Origin: a virus
Taxonomy: Duplodnaviria > Heunggongvirae > Uroviricota > Caudoviricetes
DNA length: 64,000 bases
Reading direction: 5' to 3' (one strand)
Virus record (IMG/VR): IMGVR_UViG_3300033146_004404
Coordinates: 128,001 to 192,000 of that record
The translations under genes and the position numbers were made by a program. Shown here in pieces: positions 22,165 through 30,005 of this stretch (the stretch's first letter is position 1; every line of letters starts with the position of its first letter). Under the pieces are notes generated by a model, which saw nothing but the letters and a program-made list of their open reading frames with translations, was not told the DNA's origin and made no database searches.

Positions 22165-23805
22165 CTAGTATTTTCTAGTATTTTCTAGTATTTTCTGTTT
22201 AAGGGTTATAGTAGCTTCGTTCGTAGGCTTCTTTTTCATAACTTCAGCAATTTTTTTATCAACTTCTTCAGCCATAATTTTTTTAAAATAATTCATAACT
22301 TTTACTTTGTTTTTAGAATATTCTTTCTTAGCGTCTTCAAGTTCTTTAAGTCTACCAAGCTTAGCAGCAAGTCCAGGAACTTTCTTTAAGAATTCCTCTC
22401 TTGGCGCTTTTCTTTTCATGACGCTTAAAGCTTTAACTCTTTTACTAATAGGAACGATCGCTTTATATTCTTCTCTCATTTTCTTAGGCATCAATCCAAA
22501 AAGTCCCATACCACCAGCATTTGTAATACCAGCATGTCCGCCCATTTCTTCATCTATAATGTTAAAAGCCCAAGTATTATATTTATTTTCAAACTTAGCT
22601 CTAACTTTAGTTAATGACTCTTTCATTATTTCAACAAGGTTAATTGCATCTTTAACTTCTTTAGGAGCTTCAGGACTAAGTGACATCTGGAAGAATCCCA
22701 TTCCATTCCAACTTCTAATCATTGAAAAGTATTTTTTAACATCTGGATCATCATTAGGAACTGTAAATCCAAGATATCTAGAAGGCTGTTTAGCACCAGA
22801 AAGTTCAGATAGCACAATATACTTTCCTGCTTTCTTAAAATAAAGTTCTTTATCTTCAAAGTCTTTTACATTCTTTTCTTTTAATTTTTCTGGAGAGTTA
22901 AGGAATTTTGATTTATTTCCTTTCTTAACTTCCATTGCTAATTCCCTGAAGCCACTTTTTATAAGCTGTTTTCTAATTTCATCTGCTTCTTTCTGGCTAG
23001 GCTCTTTCTTTCTATTTAAAGCGTTCTGTCCTTTATTTGCTAAATTTATAGCTGCAGCTAATTTCTTAGAATAAGTATACATTGACATTAAACTATCACC
23101 GCTGTTTTTAATAAACAGTTTAGAAGCAACAGGAGACTTCATTGGGCCTCTAGCAAACTGAGAAAGATAAATGAACAATCCATTAATTATTTTAAATTCT
23201 TTCTTAGCGGATGGTTTAAGTCCAAGTGCTGAAGAAAGTTTTTCTTTAAAAGTAGCACTATCAGTATCTGAAAATGCTAATACTGCTTTTGCATCAACAC
23301 CTTTAGAAACTATTTTAGTTGCTAAATGTTCTGTATCTGATCTGAAATCTGTAGCGCCGGTCTTTCCGCCACCTGTTGAACGTGGAGTTTCAGTCTCATG
23401 ATGGTCTGAATGAAAGTTGATTGCACCGTTTTTAATTAATGCAGCTACTTTAGGGCCAAATTTTTCAAACCTGTCAAAGTCAACAACAATAATTACTTGA
23501 TTAGCTGATTTCTGTAAAGCTTTCTCTACATGCTGTTGGGTAGAACCATCTGTTACATCTTTATATACGATTCTACTATCTATAATTTTATAGATCTGCT
23601 TGTCTGTCTTTCCTGGATTTTTCTTCTTGAATTTTTTGAAAAGCTGGTTGTGTAACTGTTTTCTAATCATCTTCGCTGAACCAAGTCCGTCCGCATCGTC
23701 ATGGTGTAAAATTTTAAATGACTGAGCAGTAGGAGGTAATCTAATACCTGCCTCGTTGATCATTTCAGCTTTGCTCTCATTTAATATACTCATAAAATTT
23801 TTCAT
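22165..23805 (-). CDS. DHH/DHHA1-family phosphoesterase
   Basis: HHDDADGLGS, VVDFD, SDHHE, SDTDS and C-terminal GGH motifs in the canonical order. Confidence 0.8.
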   Translation of the reverse strand: MKNFMSILNESKAEMINEAGIRLPPTAQSFKILHHDDADGLGSAKMIRKQLHNQLFKKFKKKNPGKTDKQIYKIIDSRIVYKDVTDGSTQQHVEKALQKSANQVIIVVDFDRFEKFGPKVAALIKNGAINFHSDHHETETPRSTGGGKTGATDFRSDTEHLATKIVSKGVDAKAVLAFSDTDSATFKEKLSSALGLKPSAKKEFKIINGLFIYLSQFARGPMKSPVASKLFIKNSGDSLMSMYTYSKKLAAAINLANKGQNALNRKKEPSQKEADEIRKQLIKSGFRELAMEVKKGNKSKFLNSPEKLKEKNVKDFEDKELYFKKAGKYIVLSELSGAKQPSRYLGFTVPNDDPDVKKYFSMIRSWNGMGFFQMSLSPEAPKEVKDAINLVEIMKESLTKVRAKFENKYNTWAFNIIDEEMGGHAGITNAGGMGLFGLMPKKMREEYKAIVPISKRVKALSVMKRKAPREEFLKKVPGLAAKLGRLKELEDAKKEYSKNKVKVMNYFKKIMAEEVDKKIAEVMKKKPTNEATITLKQKILENTRKY

Positions 23806-23807
23806 TT

Positions 23808-24167
23808 TTAATCCTCATCCTCATCTTCATCGTCTCTTTCTTTAACTTTACCTTTGAAGATTTCTTCTATTTCTTTTTTAACAAGTTCAAGCTTATCCAT
23901 TGCAACTTCATGAAGTTTTTCAACATCTGCTTCTTTTTCATCGTCATCATCTCTACCTCGTCCAAGACCAGGACCAGAGAATGGCCCGCCCATACGCATG
24001 CCATTTCCTCTATTGCAAATGTCACGTTTGATGAATTTTAATTCTCTAAGCAGATTAGAGAACGCTCCAAGAAGTCTACTTTCAGCTTCCATAGTTTTAA
24101 ACTGACTGACATCAGATTCGTTTATAATCACTCCTGAGTTTTTTTTCATTTCTTCCATTAGGTTCAT
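23808..24167 (-). CDS. Leader-family hypothetical protein
   Basis: N-terminus MNLMEEMKKNSGVIINE; AGGAG SD. Confidence 0.7.
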   Translation of the reverse strand: MNLMEEMKKNSGVIINESDVSQFKTMEAESRLLGAFSNLLRELKFIKRDICNRGNGMRMGGPFSGPGLGRGRDDDDEKEADVEKLHEVAMDKLELVKKEIEEIFKGKVKERDDEDEDED

Positions 24168-24176
24168 TTTTTTCTC

Positions 24177-24506
24177 CTAGAAAACTTCTTCTTCAGTTTC
24201 CTTGTCCTTATCTTCACTATTTAAGTCTTCATCATTTTTCTTGACTCTAACTTGCACTAAAGGATATTTTTGTTTATCTATTCTTATGCTTTTACCAGTT
24301 TGTTTGAAATCAGCTACTGCTTCTTTCCCTATCCACTTTTTGAAAAGCATGAAGTCGTTTAAGGATTTTTCAAGAACAAAAGCTTTGCCTGTGTCAATTT
24401 GTTTCATTACTACTACAGGGCCTGATTTAATTTCACTTTCTAAAAATTTTACTTTCTGTCCTCTTTGTGTCTCACTTTGCTGTGTTATAAATTCATTTAA
24501 TGTCAT
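24177..24506 (-). CDS. Hypothetical protein
   Basis: 109-aa ORF, N-terminus MTLNEFI, AAGGGA SD. Confidence 0.6.
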   Translation of the reverse strand: MTLNEFITQQSETQRGQKVKFLESEIKSGPVVVMKQIDTGKAFVLEKSLNDFMLFKKWIGKEAVADFKQTGKSIRIDKQKYPLVQVRVKKNDEDLNSEDKDKETEEEVF

Positions 24507-24599
24507 GGTTCCCTTCTGAATTTTGATATATGTCGGAAATTAATTTCCGACATAGAGAACCACAGTTCTCATTAATAATATAGTAGAAATCAGAGATTT

Positions 24600-25412
24600 C
24601 TACTTAGTAGATTTTCTTGCTTTAACTTGTAAGTCTTTCAGAAATCTAACAGTGTTTTTAGCAACAACACTATTTTTTGCTAAACCACTTAGTCCAACTA
24701 TAATAGTTCCAATAGCAGCTACTACTTTACCAGCTATAGTACCAATATTTTTTACTTGTACTATAGGACCTAGTGATTTATTATGCTCTGTTTCTAATTG
24801 CCACAACGCACCTTGGTTAGCTACTTTCTGCGCATCAAGTACTAGAGCTTTTCTGCTTTTATCGAAAAGCATTTCAACGCCTGTAACTTTTTCAGCAGCT
24901 CCAATCAAAACTTTTGCTTCTCCATCTATAGGATTAGGTCCTATATCATGAATGAATCCCTCGATTTCCATTGAGGAAAAAACAGCAAATGCTATAAATC
25001 CAATTACAGCAAATATACCTCCAGTTATAATTAAATGGTTTAGCGTATCATCTTTTTTAATTAGTTTTAGAAATTCATAATATTGTTTTTCTAAAACTTT
25101 ATATTCTTTTTTCAGTCTTGAGACTGAAGCCTTGTCTTTTTTTTGTTTTGCTGTGATAAGATCTTTTTGTAAGCCTTCGAAATTTCTAAGAAGTACTTTA
25201 CAATTTTTTATTGCACCTTCTGTGAGTTTAGCGTCGCCTTTCTTGCCTTTGCTTTCAAGTTTGTCTTTTCTAGTCTCTAACTTTCTTATCATTTTTCTCA
25301 TTGCTTTTAGCTGAGACTCTGATGACCTTAAACCTTCATTAAGTTCATAAACTCCTGAGTTTAACTTAATCTCTTCCATTAACGACATAATACTATTATC
25401 TATATTGCTCAT
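24600..25412 (-). CDS. Leader-family coiled-coil protein with two hydrophobic segments
   Basis: LMEEIKLNSGVYELNEG leader; TM-like LIITGGIFAVIGFIAFAVF; late motif at 25442. Confidence 0.7.
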   Translation of the reverse strand: MSNIDNSIMSLMEEIKLNSGVYELNEGLRSSESQLKAMRKMIRKLETRKDKLESKGKKGDAKLTEGAIKNCKVLLRNFEGLQKDLITAKQKKDKASVSRLKKEYKVLEKQYYEFLKLIKKDDTLNHLIITGGIFAVIGFIAFAVFSSMEIEGFIHDIGPNPIDGEAKVLIGAAEKVTGVEMLFDKSRKALVLDAQKVANQGALWQLETEHNKSLGPIVQVKNIGTIAGKVVAAIGTIIVGLSGLAKNSVVAKNTVRFLKDLQVKARKSTK

Positions 25413-25522
25413 ATTTTTACCTCTATTCTCTTTATTATAATATTATCTTTACAAGTACGTTTTTTTTCTTTTCTGTTTTTTTTGGTAAGATATGTCGTAT
25501 ATACATAAAGGAGAAATAATTA

Positions 25523-26371
25523 ATGGCAAATGAAAAAGCACCAGCTGCTCCAAAAATAGACATGAGCAAAATAGCTAATGTTCCTAACAGAGCTAAAAAG
25601 AATGGTGGCAATAAGTTTAATTTTACACAAGAAGAAACGGCTTCTCTTCCATCAAAGGGACTTCTATATAGAAATATAACTGAAGATAAAGACATTCTTA
25701 ATGGACAGATAAAAATGTTCAACATGACAGTTAAAGATGAAGAAGTTCTTTCAACATCTAGGTTCCTAAAATCTGGGGCTGCTACAAGAATGGTAATAGA
25801 TAATTGTATCTCTTCTGACATTGATGCTAAAGACATCCTACTTTATGATAGTAATTATCTTTTGTTTTTCTTGAGAAGTATTTCCTATGGAGATGAATAC
25901 AAATTCAAACTAAAATGTAGTAATAGTAGCTGTGAAAAAGAGTTTGGACATACAGTTAAAATATCTGAACTTGAATTTAAAGAGTTACCAGATGATATAA
26001 AAGAACCTTTTGTTGTAACTCTTCCTAAGACTAAATATAAAGTTATGTTTGTATTACCTAGATTAGAGCATTCAGAAGAAATTCATAATAGAAGTAAAAA
26101 CAGAGAGAAAACAACTTCTTCATCAGATCAAAGAATGGTTGATAATTTAATAGTAACAACCATTAAAATAATTGCTCCAGACGGATCAGAAGTTCCTCAT
26201 GGAGACTGGGAAGATTTTTTTGAAGCTATTCCTTCAATGGATAGAGCGACATTAAGTGACGCTTCTAGTTATACGACTGGAGTAGATAAACTCGAAGGGG
26301 TAGTATGTCCATACTGCGAGACTGATTACTCGGGTTCGATCCCTATAGGTGCCGAGTTTTTTCGGTTCTAG
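25523..26371 (+). CDS. Baseplate hub assembly / tail assembly chaperone (T4 gp26-like)
   Basis: LPSKG..Y, MTVKDEEVL, D.NYLLFFLRSISYGDEY, CxxxxC and CPYC zinc motifs, ends EFFRF. Confidence 0.8.
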   Translation: MANEKAPAAPKIDMSKIANVPNRAKKNGGNKFNFTQEETASLPSKGLLYRNITEDKDILNGQIKMFNMTVKDEEVLSTSRFLKSGAATRMVIDNCISSDIDAKDILLYDSNYLLFFLRSISYGDEYKFKLKCSNSSCEKEFGHTVKISELEFKELPDDIKEPFVVTLPKTKYKVMFVLPRLEHSEEIHNRSKNREKTTSSSDQRMVDNLIVTTIKIIAPDGSEVPHGDWEDFFEAIPSMDRATLSDASSYTTGVDKLEGVVCPYCETDYSGSIPIGAEFFRF

Positions 26372-26552
26372 TGAAGAAAATTTAGTTCACATACAAGAGA
26401 GCGTCTTTTATTTAGTTAAATGGGGCTTCAGATATGCGGAACTAAAAGATATGCCTTTATTTGAATACAATAAGTATGTAAAAATGCTTAATGAATACAA
26501 TGCTGAAAAGCAAAAGGCAGCTAATCCAGGAGGCACGACAAGGCCAGTTTAA
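26349..26552 (+). CDS. T4 gp51-like short protein, probably made as a frameshift extension of the upstream gene
   Basis: FYLVKWGFRYAELKDMPLFEYNKYVKML resembles gp51/tail-chaperone C-parts; overlaps the upstream ORF in the +1 frame; no good SD. Confidence 0.65.
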   Translation: MPSFFGSSEENLVHIQESVFYLVKWGFRYAELKDMPLFEYNKYVKMLNEYNAEKQKAANPGGTTRPV

Positions 26553-26573
26553 AAGCACTCATTGAGTGCTTTT
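26551..26573 (+). terminator. Intrinsic terminator
   Basis: AAAAGCACTC-ATT-GAGTGCTTTT hairpin. Confidence 0.7.
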
Positions 26574-26589
26574 AAACGTCATGTATTAC

Positions 26590-26618
26590 TTGACAAAAAA
26601 AGAATAATATGTTATACT
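26590..26618 (+). promoter_or_regulatory. sigma70-type promoter, conserved 29-bp repeat, copy 1
   Basis: TTGACA-AAAAAAGAATAATATGT-TATACT, 17-bp spacer. Confidence 0.85.
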
Positions 26619-26708
26619 AATTACAGGAAGCGGCGGAGAGGCTCCGGACGACTAACAAAATAGGCTGGAAATTATAATATAGAATTTTAATAAGGTCTTG
26701 AAGAAAAC

Positions 26709-26737
26709 TTGACAAAAAAAGAATAATATGTTATAAT
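26709..26737 (+). promoter_or_regulatory. sigma70-type promoter, copy 2 (SSB)
   Basis: TTGACA-N17-TATAAT, same spacer. Confidence 0.9.
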
Positions 26738-26828
26738 TAAGTATAAACACCCGAAAGGGAAAACAAATTAAAAATGCCCAAGTGTCCAACACCCCAAAGG
26801 GAAAATGACAAAACGGCAAGGAGAAAAA

Positions 26829-27665
26829 ATGAACGCACAAGAAACAAAAGCAATGCTAGCGGCAATGGAATCGGACAACAAGAAAGGTGGAGGATCATTC
26901 TGGTCACCACAACCTGACGAAAACGTAATTCGCTTTCTACCCCCAAATAAAGCTGCTGGAGAAGTAATGCCTTTCTTTCATCACAAAGTTCACTGGATTG
27001 ATGGAACACCTTATGAGTGTATTGCTCAAACATTCACAGATAAAAATGGAAATGTACATGAAGCAGAAATATGCCCAGCTTGTCAGAAATCTAAAAAATT
27101 CTACAAGATTGGTGAGAAGGATTCCGAAGAAAGAGAAATTGCTTATGAGCTATCTGGAAAAGATAGATATGTTTTTAGAATTGTTGATAGAGCAAAGAGT
27201 GATGATGCAGTTGCAAAACCTGAATTTTACGAAGTTGGGCCAACCATCTACAAGAAATTTTATGGTATTATGAAAGGTGGAAGATATGGAAATATCGTTC
27301 ATCCATTAGAAGGAAGAGATTTTATTGTCGATAAACAGGGAACTGGTCGTCGAACAAACTATGACAATAGTGCTCCAGATCCAAATATTACACCAATATT
27401 TGCTGATAGAGAAATGCTGAAAGAAACTCTTACCTATGTTAAGGAAATGAAATACAGTGAATTAATTGAATTTCCTACAGCTGACACTATTAAGAAAGCT
27501 GTTGAAGAGTTCCTTAACCCTGATGAAGTAATGGCAGCACCTGTTAAAGGACAAGCTGTAGAAGTTGGAAACGGAACAGTGGCCACAGAAATTACATCCT
27601 CAGACGTAAAAGCTGAAGAAGCAGATACTGATGCTGTAGATGACATCCTAAGTGAATTCACTTAA
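26829..27665 (+). CDS. Single-stranded DNA-binding protein (T4 gp32-like)
   Basis: FW.P...N.IRFLPP, H...C...CPAC zinc site, G.DF...K.G.G..T.YD.S, acidic tail DDILSEF. Start moved to ATG 26829, which has an AAGGAG SD. Confidence 0.9.
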   Translation: MNAQETKAMLAAMESDNKKGGGSFWSPQPDENVIRFLPPNKAAGEVMPFFHHKVHWIDGTPYECIAQTFTDKNGNVHEAEICPACQKSKKFYKIGEKDSEEREIAYELSGKDRYVFRIVDRAKSDDAVAKPEFYEVGPTIYKKFYGIMKGGRYGNIVHPLEGRDFIVDKQGTGRRTNYDNSAPDPNITPIFADREMLKETLTYVKEMKYSELIEFPTADTIKKAVEEFLNPDEVMAAPVKGQAVEVGNGTVATEITSSDVKAEEADTDAVDDILSEFT

Positions 27666-27669
27666 GATT

Positions 27670-27691
27670 AAACACCCTTCGGGGTGTTTTT
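27670..27691 (+). terminator. Intrinsic terminator with UUCG loop
   Basis: AAACACCC-TTCG-GGGTGTTTTT. Confidence 0.85.
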
Positions 27692-27704
27692 AAAAGAAGG
27701 TAAA

Positions 27705-29669
27705 ATGGCAAAAGAAAAAGAAGTAGTAAAAGAATCTTCTGTTTTTGATAGTCTTGATGACATGATTAAAAAGCAATTCAATAACGTAATTGACCTTTCT
27801 AAAGTGGATGGAAAAGTAAAAACTTGGTATGACACTGGAGTTACAGTGTTAAATTATGCTATGTCAAGAAATTTGAGATATGGTATTCCTGGTGGAAGAA
27901 TTACATCGTTTTCAGGATTAAGTGGTTGTATTTTTGATAATACAATTATTAAAGTTAATAGAGGTAAAAGAACTGAGTGTGGAGAGTATACAGTAAAAGA
28001 ATTATATCAAAAAATGGGATATGATGAAAAATATACTGGAAGAAAATTTGATATGTCTTTACCTACGAATACATTTTCTTTTAAAAAAAGCTGTATAGGG
28101 CATAATGAAATTGTTGAAGTTATTGACTCTGGTGAAAAAGAAACTTTCATGTTAAAAACAGAGAGTGGAAAAACAATAATTGTATCAGAAGAACATCCGT
28201 TCAAAGTTCCTGATGAAAACATAAAAGGAAGAGGAGATCCAGAAAAAGATGACTTTGTCGCTTTGAAAGATTTAGTTGTCGGGGAAACAGTAATGGTAAA
28301 GTCTTCTGCTGATCAAGAAGTTGACTTTGGAAGTAGAAAGAAAAACGGAAGAGGAATAAATGATATTCAATATCCTACGAATACTTGGAGAAAAGAGACT
28401 AATGATGTTTTAGAGGGTTTAGCTAAAAAAGAAAATAATAAAAATCATTCTGTTAAACAAAACTTTAGAGATTTTAGACATAATGATTTTCATTGGGAAA
28501 AAATAGTTTCTATCAATAGCGTTGGAAAAAAACACACTTATGACATACGAATGAAAAAGCCATATAGTAATTTTGTAGCTAATGATTTTGTAGTTCACAA
28601 TACAGGTAAATCACTTATTGCAGCAACTGCTATGAGAGATCCACAGATAGATATGATTATTGTTCTGGAAACAGAAGGTGGTGGTCACGCAAAAGAACTT
28701 ATTGAGTTCGCAGGAGTTGATCCTAAAAAAGTAAGAATTGTAAAAGCTCATACTTTTGGTAATTATAAAATAAATAAAAAAACAAACAAAATTGATGAAG
28801 TTGCCGATTCGAAGTTTCCTGCTAAGTTGGAATCTCCTGATAATCACTTTGTTGAAGGCGCAATAAGACAAACGAAGAAAATTGTTAATGCCTTACAGTT
28901 TAATAAGAAGTTAGAAGATGCTAAAATTCTTTTAATTCTTGACTCACTTGGAAACTTGCAGTCAGTTAGAGAGTTCTCTGGAACTGTTGATATGGGAGCA
29001 AGAGCGCAGGATGTTGGTAGATTTTTTAGAACGTTCGACACAGCATTTGAAAAGTCTAACATAGGTTTTGTTTTTACGAATAAAATTTATGTAAACCTTG
29101 GAAATATCTACGATCCTTATAAAGAGACGGGTGGAGTAAATGCTGAATATAATCCTTCAGTTTCTTGTAGGTTTACTGAGATGGCAGCACATGCTGAAGT
29201 TTCAGATAAAGAGATGTCAGCCGAAAAAGACCGGAGAAAAACTTCTCTTGGTTCCTCTTTGAAAAGTATTAGAGGACAGATTATAAAATCTAGGTTTGGA
29301 ACAGAAAGAAGAAATTGTTGGTTCTTGCTTGACTTTGCAGTTGGGCCAGTTAAACATTCTGGATTATTCACACTACTTAAAGATTTTGGATTAGTTTCTA
29401 AATCTGGTAGTAGATACTCTGTTAATGGATGGAGAAAAGATAATTCTTTTTATAAGAAAGACTTCATTAAATTGTTAATGGAAGATGAAGAAGCTAATCT
29501 TGATATCTTCCAAGCTCTATTGGATGCTAAAGAAGTTAGCATGAAAGAAGAAAAAAAGAACTTGAATGTCAATGACTTAACAGAAGTTAATAACATAGAC
29601 GATGAAGAAGATGATGAATACGCAGCTTCAGAAATGATAAATGCTATGGAAAATTTAGAAGAAGGATAA
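27705..29669 (+). CDS. recA: RecA/UvsX-like recombinase, intein-containing
   Basis: DTG...LN.A....GIPGGRITSFSGLSG|TGKS Walker A, LETE, LILDSLGNL Walker B, TGG, IIKSRF; ATG 27705 with GAAGG SD. Confidence 0.9.
   Translation: MAKEKEVVKESSVFDSLDDMIKKQFNNVIDLSKVDGKVKTWYDTGVTVLNYAMSRNLRYGIPGGRITSFSGLSGCIFDNTIIKVNRGKRTECGEYTVKELYQKMGYDEKYTGRKFDMSLPTNTFSFKKSCIGHNEIVEVIDSGEKETFMLKTESGKTIIVSEEHPFKVPDENIKGRGDPEKDDFVALKDLVVGETVMVKSSADQEVDFGSRKKNGRGINDIQYPTNTWRKETNDVLEGLAKKENNKNHSVKQNFRDFRHNDFHWEKIVSINSVGKKHTYDIRMKKPYSNFVANDFVVHNTGKSLIAATAMRDPQIDMIIVLETEGGGHAKELIEFAGVDPKKVRIVKAHTFGNYKINKKTNKIDEVADSKFPAKLESPDNHFVEGAIRQTKKIVNALQFNKKLEDAKILLILDSLGNLQSVREFSGTVDMGARAQDVGRFFRTFDTAFEKSNIGFVFTNKIYVNLGNIYDPYKETGGVNAEYNPSVSCRFTEMAAHAEVSDKEMSAEKDRRKTSLGSSLKSIRGQIIKSRFGTERRNCWFLLDFAVGPVKHSGLFTLLKDFGLVSKSGSRYSVNGWRKDNSFYKKDFIKLLMEDEEANLDIFQALLDAKEVSMKEEKKNLNVNDLTEVNNIDDEEDDEYAASEMINAMENLEEG
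27927..28601 (+). mobile_element. Intein in RecA P-loop (225 aa, no recognisable endonuclease)
   Basis: Starts CIFDNT, block B SEEHPF, ends TYDI.M..PYSNFVANDFVVHN/T. Confidence 0.9.
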
Positions 29670-29672
29670 ATA

Positions 29673-30005
29673 ATGGCAAAAGAAAAAGTTAAAGATTTAG
29701 AGGCAAGAACAAGCATTTCACCTCTAGGAGAAATGATAATAATCAGCTTTCATAAAGCTGAAAAGAAAAACAAAACAGAGTCTGGGCTTATTCTAATGGA
29801 CAATGGCGAAGACAAGTATCATTCAGTAGTTGACGCTATTGGAAACAAAGTTGATCTTGAGACATGTGGATTTAAAGTTGGAGATAAAATAATCTTTAAT
29901 CAGCACGATGTAATGTCGTTTAATGAAACTGATCCAGAGAATCCTTTGAAGGAAATCCAGAAAGGGCTGATTAAAGCAGACTCTATCTGGGGAGTTTACG
30001 CATAA
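29673..30005 (+). CDS. groES: Co-chaperonin GroES-like
   Basis: ISPLGEMIII...KTESGLIL...V.AIG...FKVGDKIIF...I.GV. Confidence 0.85.
   Translation: MAKEKVKDLEARTSISPLGEMIIISFHKAEKKNKTESGLILMDNGEDKYHSVVDAIGNKVDLETCGFKVGDKIIFNQHDVMSFNETDPENPLKEIQKGLIKADSIWGVYA

Noticed and set aside
26619-26708. tRNA, SRP RNA, riboswitch or ribozyme call
   Set aside because: No cloverleaf or recognisable family consensus; kept only as an unassigned candidate RNA
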